The notes under the pieces were generated by a model. That model had not been told where the DNA came from. It saw only the letters and a list, made by a program, of their open reading frames with translations, and made no database searches. Shown here one piece after another: positions 50,145 through 62,927 of a stretch of 64,000 bases of DNA (position 1 is its first letter; each line of letters starts with the position of its first letter). The stretch is from Octopus vulgaris. Lineage: Eukaryota. A program made the position numbers and the translations under genes. The DNA is taken from assembly GCA_951406725.2 (NCBI GenBank), contig OX597815.1:45136001-45200000 (forward strand), given 5' to 3'.

Positions 50145-50520
50145 CATATGATGAGCAAAAACAAGTAAAAGACACAACGCGAGGAACAAGTTTTAACAAG
50201 AGTATTACTACTATAATGTTTGAAAAAATGGGAAAGGACTTTTAACGTTTCGGGTGATAGTTCTTCACCAGAAAAAAAAGGAAAGAACAGGAAAAAGATG
50301 GTAGGAAGAAGAAGGAGACAAGTGAAAAATTTTAGTGGCCGGAAGGAAATGCGGTTCTATCAGGAAGAGTTACAGAGTTGGAGGCGGAGTGGTGTGTACA
50401 TCTTTAGGAGGGGAGCCGCGTATGAAGTAGGGAGGTGAGCATAGAGGGAGGTGTGAGGTGCGAGTTGTTACTAGGTGTTGGTGTGGGGGTGCGCAGCACA
50501 TATATGCCTATGTGTATGTA
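50145..50520 (-). mobile_element. Decayed PLE-like pLTR with minimal HHR remnant (50240-50275)
   Basis: Minus: UUUU-CUGGUGAA-GAAC UAU CACCC-GAAA-CG-UU-AAAA. Confidence 0.5.
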
Positions 50521-51173
50521 GTGTGAAGCTGTTTTTATTTGTTTGTAATGTCCACAGTAAGAAAATAGCAGCCTAAATATTTTTAAATGTATTTATTTTC
50601 ATTTGATATAAAATGCATACACATATACATATATGAGCTTGCCTGTTAGCGCATGTCTATGTGAGTACGTGCGTGTGTGTATGTATCAGCTAAAGATAAC
50701 AGAGAGGAAGAAACGTCAGGCGAATATAGGATGATATATACACTTGAGGCATTTTTAATTAAATAGCTTCTCAAGCGACATATGCTGCAACAGTGAACTT
50801 ACAATCTAAGCACATTCTCTCAATCATTTCTCCCCTAGAACACTGACCTACTCTATACATACACACGCATACACACGCATACACACGCACGCACACACAC
50901 ACACACACACATACACACACACACACATACACGCATATATACAGATATATATATACAGATATATATATATATACATACATATACATACTTATAGATATAT
51001 AGACATATACACACATACATCCATACATACATAAACTCACACACATATATATATATATATGTATCTATATATTTCGTGATGGCATATCTGGCGTATTTAT
51101 ATATATATATATACATACATACATACATACATACATACATACATACATACATACATACATACATACACACATA

Positions 51174-51246
<73 letters not shown>

Positions 51247-52620
51247 TTACGTATACGTATGTGGTGTATATATTTGAATGCGTGTATTTATATGCATGTA
51301 TAAAACTAACGACCCGTATTTATAAATACATTCATATATAAAAATAATTATGAAAAAAAAAGAAAGAATCGATTCTGTAAAGAAAGAGGAAGGATTAAGG
51401 GGATTAGGTCGAAGAATTAGCCTAAATTTGGAAAAGAGATGGCGGTTGGGTGGGAGTGAAGGATTAGCCTTGAATTTGTGAAAAAGAGAGAAAAGTATTT
51501 GGCGTAAAAAATATTTCCTGTTAGATTTCTTGGCATGTGATCCTGTCAAAAGAAATTTTCGTTCAATTGTTCTACGTCGAAAAGAAGAATTCGTTGGTGA
51601 CATCTGTTTATATTGTTAGGAAGATGTTACAATGTCTAAGTGTCAGCTTCGCCAGTCGGCTTTACATGGCTTTGTTTTGTTGGTATTATTATTGAAGGGG
51701 TCACTTTGTGACACTCGACAGAGAAGTATTATGTCAACTAATAAGAACATTGTAGCAGAGCTATAGCCAACTCTTAGCCTAACGCAAACAGACGTGAAAA
51801 GCGACCGCCCAACCTGGCTCAGCATAGCTTAACATCAGCAAAGACGAGAGCCATCGAGCCTTATACCTTACGTTCTTGCTACGGTTTACAACGTTAGTGA
51901 CTAAATATAAAAAAATGGAAAAAGAAACTACTTGGAGTAGGGAAGATAGGAGATAAAAAAAAAGTAAAACAAATGCTTGTTGAAGGGCATATAAAACAAA
52001 TAATCGAGAGGCTAAATAAGCAAATATTATCCTCACCCCACAAAAAGATATTCTGACATAGCCAAAATTACTGCTTGACAAAAACATTGCTATACACTTA
52101 CAGCCTCACCACCACCAACACCAAAAAAAAAAAAAAGAAAAAAGAAAAAAAGGGAGCATTTTCATTGTTTCTAAGCTGAAGAAGAAACGTCGGAAAAAGT
52201 AAGAGAAAATTGGGAATGACAAGCGATAAATGAAATCAGGAACAGCAAAGTGTTCAGTAGAAGCTATTTCACGAAGATCAGTTTATACAATTAAACAATT
52301 TCCATTAATTTCATAGTAACTCACTCGATATAATTTTGCATTTTATATACATACATGTGCGCGCGCGCGTGTCTGTGTGTGTGTGTGTGTACAAATTTGT
52401 TACCAGTTCAACTATGCTTGGAGCATATCTGAACCTATATGAAAACCACTTATTGTGTTTTGTCATGAAGAAAATTTCTCGCAGTAGGCAAATGGGTGTA
52501 AACACGCCAAGTCAGTTCGAAGTACCTTCTACCAATCTGATGGACGCATGCATTTCAGAGTGAGTATCTGTTTTCAGCGCATCAGATATAGGAAAGGGGA
52601 ACGCTACGAATTGACAAGAG

Positions 52621-52761
<141 letters not shown>

Positions 52762-52804
52762 TGTGTGTCTCTGTGTGTGTGTGTAGTAAAAAATTTAGAT
52801 TCAG

Positions 52805-53198
52805 ATGAATATGGTACTTAAGTTGAGGCACCAGAATTTAGTATGGTATTATCCATACAATTTCAAAATAAGGTGATTAAAATCAAAATAAGCAACAAGG
52901 ATATCCAGAGGTAATGCTGTACGATCGTTTCATGCAACTCCATTTAATTGAACAATGCAATCATTTCATTACATCAATTTAAAATGTAAAGCAATCTTCA
53001 GCTGCACAAAGACATAGAATTTAATTAAATTAGAAGGACACATTAGTATAATTTTAACCAAAATCTCCAAGAGGATAAGGAGATAGACAAAGAACATCTT
53101 TTACCAACAACATCATTGTTGTAACAACATAGTTAAATGGAGTCGCATGAAACGATCGTACTGCATTACCTGTGGATATCCTTGTTGCCTATTTTGAT
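52805..53198. mobile_element. Inverted-pair PLE-like insertion with very long stem II HHR (52915-53006 -)
   Basis: Arms 52882-52947 / 53133-53198. Minus: UGCAG-CUGAAGA-[~63 nt]-GAAA-CGAUCG-UA-C(A/U)GCA. Confidence 0.7.
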
Positions 53199-53238
<40 letters not shown>

Positions 53239-53980
53239 GAAAATATTGCATTTAATGTTTACATTTCAAATGTATATTTAAGCCATGCTCAATTTTTGTG
53301 CTTGTATGAAACAGGTATGATTACATCCAGTTATCAAATATTTCCATTTTAAACTAGACTTTCTTCGTCAGCAGTAACTACCAGTGAGTGATTATCATAA
53401 TTAATTAACAGGACTTAAGCATGCGACTCTACTATGTAGCTCTATTTTAATTCATTTATTCGCAATAGCTCTTCTTTCATCTACTTACTAGCTTGCATTA
53501 AAAGGAAAAAATACGTAAATCTTAAATCTGATGACTACTCAATAGTGGACATTCCTAAAATGAGTTGCATAGATAAACATGGAAAACTCACTTAATCACA
53601 TCCTACCATCTTAAAAAGTAGGAGAAATTAAGTAATATGATCTTGAGTACTGCATGCCTGAAAAATAATGTCACGGTTGGAAAACAGTTAATCATAGATC
53701 TGCATGGTCGAAGCTCACCCAGAATTTGGCATAGACTAACGTCTAACAATTCAAATTTCCAGTTAATTGTTTCACTTTTTATCCCAGATAGCGTTCTAAA
53801 GTAGTTTTGAAATAAAAAAAAAATCATAAGCAGAAATGAAATAATGTTTCCCAGAAAAATGTATAATGTTTTATACACTGCTAAGCGCTTTGTCGATTTG
53901 TAGATGAAATTTTTAAGAATTTATCAGACCAATCACTAGATGCTATAACTTCACTGCAATATCGTTAAATTTGATAAAAG

Positions 53981-54485
53981 GGCTGAATTCTGGTTTAAGC
54001 AACCCATATAACCTCTCGTAACCTTTTCATTTTTTGGAATTTTTAGTAAACTTTTGCGAATTTGTGTTCTACACACGGGAATTCATACGATTAGGAAAAT
54101 ATGACTTGTGTCATATAAGTGCGATTTAGCTGTTTCTTTAGCACATCTCACGACATTCCTCGTTTCTTTGTCACATCGACATGTATTGATGTTTTTCAAT
54201 ATTTTCTGCTCATAAACACATTTAAGGGAATGATAATGCACCCAAGTGTGGTCCATTGCTGGAATTTAAGCAAAATTCGGACTGTCCATCTTTTAAACTG
54301 ATTTTAAAAAAAATTGCATAGGTGTAGAAGTGGCTGTGTGGTAAGTAGCTTGCTTACGAACGACATATTTCCGGGTTCAGTCCCACTGCGTGGCACCTTG
54401 GACAAGTGTTTTCTACTATAGCCTCGGGCCGACCAAAGCCTTGTGAGTGGATTTGGTAGACAGAAACTGAAAGAAGCCCGTCGTA

Positions 54486-54560
<75 letters not shown>

Positions 54561-54930
54561 ATATGCTTGTGTGTCTGTTTGTCCCTCCAGCATCGCTTGA
54601 CAACTGATGCTGGTGTGTTTACGTCCCCGTAAACTAGCGGTTCGGCAAAAGAGATCCGATAGAATAAGTACTAGGTTTACAAAGAATAAGTCCTGGGGTC
54701 GATTTGCTCGAGTAAAGGCGGTGCTCCAGCATGGCCTCAATCAAATGACTGAAACAAATAAAAGAGTGGAACTTTTAGGATTTATGGAGAGGTGAGTGTG
54801 TTTAGAAATATAAAAAACAATTTTTTTGTAACGGTATGAATTCCCATGTGTAGAGCACAAATTCGCAAAAATTTTCTGAAAATTCCAAAAATTAAAAAAA
54901 GTTCTGAGTGCTTAAACTAAAATTCAGTCG
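53981..54930. mobile_element. MITE with ~100-bp TIRs, interrupted by a SINE
   Basis: CTGAATT..GTTTAAGCA...TTTTTGGAATTTT..TTTTGCGAATTTGTG.TCTACACA.GGGAATTCATAC at 53984-54089 and in reverse at 54835-54928. Confidence 0.75.
54321..54767 (+). mobile_element. SINE family B, full length, internal (TA)n/(TG)n
   Basis: A box TGGCTGTGTGGTAAG, B box GGTTCAGTCCC, body, microsatellite, tail ending ATGACTGAAACAAATAAAAGAG. Confidence 0.9.
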
Positions 54931-54999
54931 GCAAAAGTTTTTGAATGAGATATTCATAGGAAAAATAAAAACCCTACTTCCTTAAAATCCTTTCTACAA

Positions 55000-55203
55000 T
55001 AGGAACAATGCCTCAAATTTAAGCGGGGCTGGCTCGTCGTTCACTTCGACCCCTGTCCTCAACTACTACGTATTTCATCGACCCTGAAAGTATACAATGC
55101 AAAGTTGACCTCGGAAAATCTAAACTCGGAACGTAGAGAGCTGGAGAAAATGCCGAGAAGCATTTTGTCCGACGTGTGCTGACGATTCTGCCAGCTCACC
55201 GCT
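55000..55203 (-). mobile_element. Decayed SINE family A copy
   Basis: GACGATTCTGCCAGCTCACCGC end; ATCGACCCTGAAAG..AAAGTTGACCTCGG. Confidence 0.7.
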
Positions 55204-55608
55204 TTTTATTTCTCCATAATAAAACTATACAAAAACTCCTCTTTCCAGTTGAGATAAAGGAAATAAAGATGTTCCAGAGATTTGTTTACATTAAATTATG
55301 ATTATATTTTAGTGGTTTTATTATTTATTTATTCTTTTTTTGTCAGTTGTGTGCTCGCTTATCTATGATAAAAGAAGACAGATGTGTTATATTTATTTTA
55401 ATAGCATCCACGAATGAAAAAAATTCTATGAATGTGTTTTTGCGAGCACAGATATATTATATATATATATATGTATGCATGTATGTATGTATGTGTACCG
55501 TGTATATATATATATTTGGATACGCGTGAACGTATATATGTATACTTACACACATACACAAATACATATATGCATATATACATACGTATATGTACATACA
55601 TCTATACG

Positions 55609-55692
<84 letters not shown>

Positions 55693-55699
55693 TATATAA

Positions 55700-55772
<73 letters not shown>

Positions 55773-56147
55773 ACAATGATAAATATCAAAGTGAGTTATA
55801 TACAGTAGCGGTAACACATCGTGACGTATTTTTGCCATTTCAATATGGCTAACCCCTAAGGGTGGATGCTACTGTAGTTTTTAGCCCCAGGAGGACACAC
55901 TCCTCCAGCTGGCCATAGACACACTTTCTGTGTCCTGTCAATATTTGCAACAGTAGCATCCACCCTTAGGGGTTAGCCATATTGAAATGGCAAAAATACG
56001 TCACGATGTGTTACCACTACTGTATATAACTCACTTTGATATTTATCATTGTTTGATTTCACTTTTTCAATATCAGCGACAGTGGGCGCTGGAAAAAGTA
56101 TAAGTATTTGTGAAGGAAATCTAATTCTCGGCGACAACTATGATTGT

Positions 56148-56192
56148 CACACGCTGACGAGAGGTCAATACAGCGAAACTCGAGTCAGTGTG
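56148..56192 (+). ncRNA. Type I hammerhead ribozyme, copy 1 (stem I/II mismatches)
   Basis: CACACG-CUGACGA-GAGGU CAAU ACAGC-GAAA-CUCGAG-UC-AGUGUG. Confidence 0.75.
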
Positions 56193-56500
56193 TATCATAA
56201 GTTGAAGACGGGAAGGATGACTTCCCTTTGCAAATACTGACAGGACACAGAAAGTGTGTCTATGGCCAGCTGGAGGAGTGTGTCCTCCTGGGGTTAAAAA
56301 CTACAGTAGCATCCACCCTTAGGGGTTAGCCATATTGAAATGGCAAAAATACGTCACGATGTGTTACCGCTACTGTATATAACTCACTTTGATATTTATC
56401 ATTGTTTGATTTCACTTTTTCAATATCAGCGACAGTGGGCGCTGGAAAAAGTATAAGTATTTGTGAAGGAAATCTAATTCTCGGCGACAACTATGATTGT

Positions 56501-56545
56501 CACACGCTGACGAGAGGTCAATACCTCGAAACTCGAGTCCGTGTG
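56501..56545 (+). ncRNA. Type I hammerhead ribozyme, copy 2 (canonical, intact)
   Basis: CACACG-CUGACGA-GAGGU CAAU ACCUC-GAAA-CUCGAG-UC-CGUGUG. GUC cleavage after 56539. Stem I extends via UAUGAU/AUCAUA. Confidence 0.92.
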
Positions 56546-56709
56546 TATCATAAGTTGAAGACGGGAAGGATGACTTCCCTTTGCAAATACTGACAGGACA
56601 CAGAAAGTGTGTCTATGGCCAGCTGGAGGAGTGTGTCCTCCTGGGGCTAAAAACTACAGTAGCATCCACCCTTAGGGGTTAGCCATATTGAAATGGCAAA
56701 AATACGTCA

Positions 56710-56754
<45 letters not shown>

Positions 56755-56758
<4 letters not shown>

Positions 56759-57604
56759 TATGTGGGCACAGGACGTTATGAAATGTTTACAACAAAAAAA
56801 TACGAAGCACGAGTATATAGAACATGAACTATTCTTCCGAACAACGAAAGACACAAATGAAAAACAAAATAAGCACAAAGAACGACCCCTCATCAGTTGT
56901 TGGCTGTTTCTCTAGTCTCGTATTTCGAGCATTTAACAACAATATACGCCTTCGATAAAACAGTTGCTCCCGCAAAGCAGATTAAATAAAATTTGGATTT
57001 TGCGGAAGGTCAAAATAGCCAACACAGACAGGACAGTGAAAACAAACACGAAGGTCTGCTAAGCCTAAACAAGGACGCGCACTCTATACGATTTTTTACT
57101 CTTTCGTTTTTTCTTTCTTTCTTTTACCTTCTCTTCTCCCACTATTCTATCCTATTACTCTCTCTCCTTCAATCCTCTTCCCTTGGTCACGTGGCCCCCA
57201 CGTGACAATCGGCTGTCTTTCTTTCTCTCCGTTGTAGCTGGAACAAGGAAGACGTGTTCTTGTTTGTCTCGTGACCTAGCTTGATTGACGCATTCGCCAC
57301 CACAACCTCGTTTAGGCTTAGCAGCCCTTGTTTTCTATGTCCTGTTTGTGTTACCTATTTCGACCCTCCGCAAAATCCCCAATTTTATCTAATTTGCTCT
57401 ACGGGAGCAACTGCTTTATCGGAAGCGTATATTGTTGTTAAATGCTCGAAATGCGAGACTAGGAAAGCAGCCAACAACTGATGAAGGGTCGTTCTTTATG
57501 TTTGTTTTGTTTTCCATTTGTGTCTTTCGTTGTTGGAAAGAATAGTTGATGCTCCATGTACTTATTCTTCGTACGTTTCATGAGGTTCTGTGCCCACGTA
57601 TGCG

Positions 57605-57605
<1 letters not shown>
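56755..57605. mobile_element. Diverged inverted pair (~300-bp arms) of a PLE-like pLTR family in (TA)n
   Basis: 56762-57072 vs 57310-57599 reverse-complement similarity. Both carry CAACAACUGAUGA. Confidence 0.75.
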
Positions 57606-57678
<73 letters not shown>

Positions 57679-57756
57679 TAATTATATAATAATATATATA
57701 TTATATATAAAATTATAACGTATAGATGTATGTACATATGCGTATGTATATATGAT

Positions 57757-57798
<42 letters not shown>

Positions 57799-58129
57799 TA
57801 TGATTGAACACCACGCATCCTCTTCCAAGTAAGTTATATATATATGTATATATATATATATATATACATACATATATATATATACATATATACATACATA
57901 TGCTTGTATATATGTGTATGTATAAAACAAAATTGTCATTATACGAATGAATTGATAAACATGTGTGAGTAATTATATATTAATTTAATGTGATATATTA
58001 ATTTAATGCGATTTAATGCAGTGAAAATAACTAAATGAATATGTGTTATATACTTGAATGTGTGTGTGTGTGTGAGTAGGCCGAGTGTGTATAGATATTT
58101 GAATATGTATGTAGAAACACACGCATACA

Positions 58130-58191
<62 letters not shown>

Positions 58192-58299
58192 TACATACAT
58201 ACATACATACATACATACATACATACATACATACATACATGTATGTATGTATGTATGTATGTATGTATGTATGTATGTACGTACGTATGTATGTATGTA

Positions 58300-58510
58300 T
58301 TAGAAATGCTAGTTGAAAACAAGAAGCCACTCTGAAATAAAGGAACAAAGATGGAGTCATAAGTCGAGGATAATACGTATAAATAACTCGTTACAGATGG
58401 TTTTATGTTTCGCTCGAAACGAGCATATCAAACGATTCTTTTGACAGGCTCGTTTAGAGCGAAACATATGGCCATCTGTGGTGAATTATTTAACGTGATG
58501 CGTAACTCAC
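58300..58510. mobile_element. Old inverted-pair insertion with U3-A8-type HHR remnants (58388-58435 -, 58441-58485 +)
   Basis: Minus: UCGU-UUGAUAU-GCUC GUUUC GAGC-GAAA-CA...UG-UA-ACGA. Plus: UUGACAG-GCUC..GAGC-GAAA-CAUAUGGCCAUCUG. Confidence 0.55.
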
Positions 58511-59862
58511 ATGTATATACATATGTACATACACATATACTGTATATAAATACTTTTATTCACCTATACGTACAGGATTCTCCGTTGATCTTGATGATGA
58601 CCAACTGAGTTCTTGTTCGTGAACTTAACTTGCAAGCGGTCATGTATTTCATACACATTATAACATCTGCTCAATTGATCTTTTTTAACTCGACAATGGG
58701 TTAGTTAGTATTGTAAGAAAATTCGTTCAACAGTAGCCGTATACAGTAATCAATTCTATGTAGTGAACTGTTGATGAATGTTGCACTAGAAATTGTTCAA
58801 ATATTGTCATAAACCTAGAAAATACATTTTAAGATTGTTATTGTTGTTGTTTAAACCCTGATCAAGCCGGTCAGTTATTAAAAGCTCTCCAGCCATACTC
58901 ATAGCAAATTGCTGCTTAGTGCAACTACTAATGAATTTACTACATGTTGGTAACCGAAACGCCCCCCCCCCCCCCTACCAATCAATAATTTTGTTTGGTA
59001 CTTTATTAGAAAAATCTAGTTTCTCAGTTCAGAGTTGCCTGTCGTTGATATCTGGTACTGGTGAGAAGATAACTACTTCGAAGTTCATTCATCCAACAGT
59101 CCAATAGTGGGAGCTTTGAACTGACCATGGTATTTTTACACTTTTTTGTCTCCAGCGAGAACACTTCTCCATGACAAACTGCAACGAAAAGCCGTTTCAC
59201 GGATTCAGATGTCTCTGAAACGTATTTAAACTGGTATCAAGTCTAGGTTATAAAATCTTTGTGCGTGTGTATGCAATTTTAGATTATGTACGCTGGCAAG
59301 AAACTCGAATGCTGATGTTTTTTGTTTCAAGCCCTTTGGGTTATTCGTTATTCAATCGCACCATCAAGAATATCATGAACTTGTGCAACCGACGGCTCTA
59401 CTGCTCTACATTTGTAATATAATATAAAATATAATGTAATTGTATTCATGGGTATTGTGTGTGAAGGAGTATTTACGAGTGTGTGTCTACTCGTGTCTGT
59501 GAATGTATATCTTTTATTACATATATATCCATTTAATTCTAGCATTGTTTCTATGCATATACATATCAGCGTCTGAATATATGTATACATATACGTGTCA
59601 GAATATGTATCTATACGTGCATGCGTACCCTCGTTCTTTTTGTTCTTTTTTATGTGCAAATAAGAGTATTTATAAGTGTGGCTCTCTGGTAAGAAGCTCG
59701 TTTCTCAACCGCATGGTTCCGACCTCAGTCTCACTGCGTGGTGCCTTGTGCAAGTATCTTCTACAGTATTGTTCCTATAATGACTACTGAAACAACGAAA
59801 TTTGCTCCAATAAAGGAAAAATATGTAATGACCATTATTATGTTTAACTTGTTTTATATATA

Positions 59863-61177
59863 CAGTAGCGAGCAAAAAAAAAAAAGAGAGAGAGAGAACG
59901 ATAAATATATTTTTTTAATGTCGGAAAAGCTAGTGAGCGTACAAATTCGTAACTGGTTTCGTAAACACGATTAACCATTAGCTAAATTCTCTGAAAAATC
60001 TAAGTTTTTAAGCTCTATGAAGAAATTAAAGGTTTTGAACTGAAAAAGGCAACTGGTGGATCACGCAAAATCACCGTGTGAGATGATCGAGCCATGAAAC
60101 GGTACGTATTAAAGGATCCTTTCGAGACTGTGGCTGAAGTTTCTAAGAAAATAAGAAGTAAATAATGGTACGGAAGTGAGCCGCTTTACCGTGTCTTGTT
60201 CGTTTGAATGAATTTGGATTAAAGACTCGTTCCCCGGCAACAAAACCTACCATCAGCAAGAAGAACAAACTGGAAAGACTTACATTTGCAGAAGCTCAAG
60301 TGAACTGGAGGGATAAAAATTGGTGAAAAGTTCATTTTAGCAATGAAAGCAAATTCAATTTAGTAGGTTCAGATTGTAGACAGTATGTTAGGCGCTTCAC
60401 AAGAGATCGGCTAAAATGCAAGTGCCTGAAGAAATCTGCCAAGTTTGGAAGAAGAAGCGTCATGGCGTGCGGAATTTTTTCTGAAGGAGTTGGCCCTCTA
60501 GTGCAGATTAATGCTAAGATCTATTTGAATTTGGTAAAACAGCATGTGGTCCCATCATTACGAGCATTTCCGAATCAACTGTACATTTTCATGCAAGATA
60601 ACGCCCCTTGTGATACTGCAAAGTGTGTCGCTGAATTCTTTAGTGGACAAAATATCCAAGTAATGTAGTGGCCAGCACAGTGTCCAGACTTAAATCCAAT
60701 TGAAAACATTTGGAAGATACTTGGAGACAAAGTAACACAAAGGGCACCAACTACTACGACGAATTTATGGGAGATATTAGAAGAGAGGAATGGAAGAAAG
60801 GAACACCTGACTTGTGCAGGAAACTTGCTATGTCCTGTGGCAATCGATGTGCAGAGGTGATCTCCAACAAAGGTCTACAAACATCATACTAACTGTATTA
60901 AGTTCATATTTACATTTCTTTCAATCATTATTATGGTTTTGAGTTAATTGAAGCAATTTTTGGTTTGATCGTTCTCTTCTTTTACAGATGAGACATTTGG
61001 ACGAAACTAGTACTAGTGTTGTTAACTGTTATTAAGACCATTGTACAAACTTAGATTTTCCACAGAATTTAGTTAATGGTTAACCGTATTTACGAAACAA
61101 ATTGCGAAATTGTACTTTTACTAGTTATTCTGAAATTTAAAAAAATATTAATCGTTCTCATTTTTTCTTCGCTATTG
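59863..61177 (+). mobile_element. Tc1-like (DD34E) transposon, N-terminally deleted, long TIRs, TA duplication
   Basis: TA|CAGTAGCGA ... TCGCTATTG|TA with ~145-bp matched TIRs. KVHFSNESKFNL, IFMQDNAPC, WPAQCPDLNPIENIW, GLQTSY*. Confidence 0.92.
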
Positions 61178-61194
61178 TATTTATATATATATAT

Positions 61195-61395
61195 CGTCTG
61201 TATCACTAGCGATTTTTACCCCTGTCTTCCCTTCTCGGGATCTTTCCTTCTCCTATGTTTCCGACGAAGAGCTCCGCTCGAAACTTCAAACCCTCCTCCT
61301 TCCCTTCTTTCCTGAGCGTCCAATAATACTTTATTTGTTCCACGTCCTTGCGTTGTTGTTTTTTTGTTTTTGTTTTCCTGTTTGGATTAACTTTA
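61195..61395 (+). mobile_element. PLE-like pLTR with minimal HHR (61257-61291)
   Basis: GUUU-CCGACGAA-GAGC UCC GCUC-GAAA-CU-UC-AAAC, between (TA)n tracts. Confidence 0.7.
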
Positions 61396-61417
61396 TATAT
61401 ATATATATATATATATT

Positions 61418-61558
61418 GATGAAAATAGTAAGACAACAAAAGAATGAAAGAGACCTCGATATTATGTAAATAGAGGAATTTATCTGTAAATGTAATATGT
61501 GACAGTTATTCGGTAGCCATATTGTCACATATTACATTTACACATAAATTCCTCTATT
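61418..61558. mobile_element. Short inverted-pair fragment of the 40878 pLTR family
   Basis: 61425-61520 matches 40885-40980. Hairpin arms 61469-61504 / 61523-61558. Confidence 0.8.
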
Positions 61559-61669
61559 GTATGTATGTATGTATGTATGTATGTATGTATGTATGTATGT
61601 ATGTATGTATGTACGTACGTACTTATGAGTCTTCGTGTACGTATGAGTCTTTGTGTGTGTATGAGTCTT

Positions 61670-61895
61670 CGTCCTCCACCACCGTTTGACAACTGGTGTT
61701 GATGTGTTTACGCCCCCATTGCATAACTTAGCGGTTCGGTCAATGAACAATAAAGTAAGTATCAGGCTTAGATAAAAAAAAATAGAAAGAAAAAACTCTG
61801 GGATCGATTTGTTCTACTGAAAAAAAAAATCCTTTAAGGCGGTGCTCCAGCTTAGCCGCAGTTAGATAACTGAAACAAATAAAACAGATAAAAGA
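61670..61895 (+). mobile_element. SINE family B tail
   Basis: TTGACAACTGGTGTTGATGTGTTTACG...AACTTAGCGGTTCGG...AAGGCGGTGCTCCAGC...CTGAAACAAATAAAA. Confidence 0.75.
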
Positions 61896-61959
61896 TATGT
61901 CTACTTAGAGTTTTTATTGTTGTTGTTTTTTCTTTTGAGAGAGAGTGGGTAGTTTATGA

Positions 61960-62028
61960 GTGTATTTATATATTTAACATGTGTATATCAACAAATATTT
62001 GTGCTAATCTCTATGCCTGTGAGTGTCA

Positions 62029-62084
<56 letters not shown>

Positions 62085-62507
62085 CTGTGTGCATGTGCAT
62101 GAGTATGTGTATGTGTATGCGTGCATATGCATTAAGCGATTCTATTGTTATTGTCTGCCAACGTCTCTCTCAGTGTTGCTATTCTGGTTATTATTGTTAT
62201 AGTTGGTTGAATCTTTAGAAATTATTTCCATATGTAAAACAATTTTATGAAGCACCACTGTGATTTACATCTATTTATCTATCTATGTATGTATCTACAT
62301 ATGTGCTTGTGCATAAATGTGTGAATGTGTTCGAATGCGCATGTATGTATATATGCATGCATGTATGTATGTATACATACACGCACGCACACACATATAG
62401 GCACAGTTACGTATATATATATATGTATGTAAGTATGTATCTTGGCGCATATTGGTTTATGTGTGTATGGATGTATGTGCACAAAAATCCATACTTATAT
62501 TGCAATG

Positions 62508-62586
<79 letters not shown>

Positions 62587-62858
62587 CATACATACATAAA
62601 TTATTCACACACACACACAAACACACATTTATATATACATCTACATATATACACACACACACACATATATATAAATATATATATCTGGCTATGTGTATGT
62701 ATATATATTGTACACAATCATATATCTGTGTGTGTGTGTGTGCATTGATAGATAGACAGACAAACAGAGAAGGTATGTAGGTAGGTAGGTTGGTAGGTAG
62801 GTAAGAGGTTGGATGGATTGACATACAGACATACTAATATATATAAAATATATATGTA

Positions 62859-62927
<69 letters not shown>

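Larger units (their letters stand above)
55772..56713 (+). mobile_element. Retrozyme-like 353-bp tandem repeat (2.16 units) with inverted 179-bp leader, in (TA)n
   Basis: 55951-56713 is a direct repeat with period 353. 55772-55950 is an inverted copy of part of the unit. One HHR per unit. Confidence 0.9.

Noticed and set aside
52173-52195. CTGAAGA-A-GAAACGTC (and a similar minus-strand string near 53365)
   Set aside because: No stem II or stem I; likely chance.
56217-56252. SECIS-like AUGA-N11-AAA...GA pattern
   Set aside because: Helix II does not pair and the pattern is not kept in the 29.3-kb relative.
56049-56593. Duplicated 63-aa ORF in the 353-bp unit
   Set aside because: Starts at TTG, overlaps the ribozyme, has no recognisable motif, and relatives conserve structure rather than frame.
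55951-56713. CRISPR-like or simple satellite interpretation
   Set aside because: Units are 353 bp with no unique spacers, the context is eukaryotic, and there are no cas genes. No CRISPR array was seen anywhere in the window.
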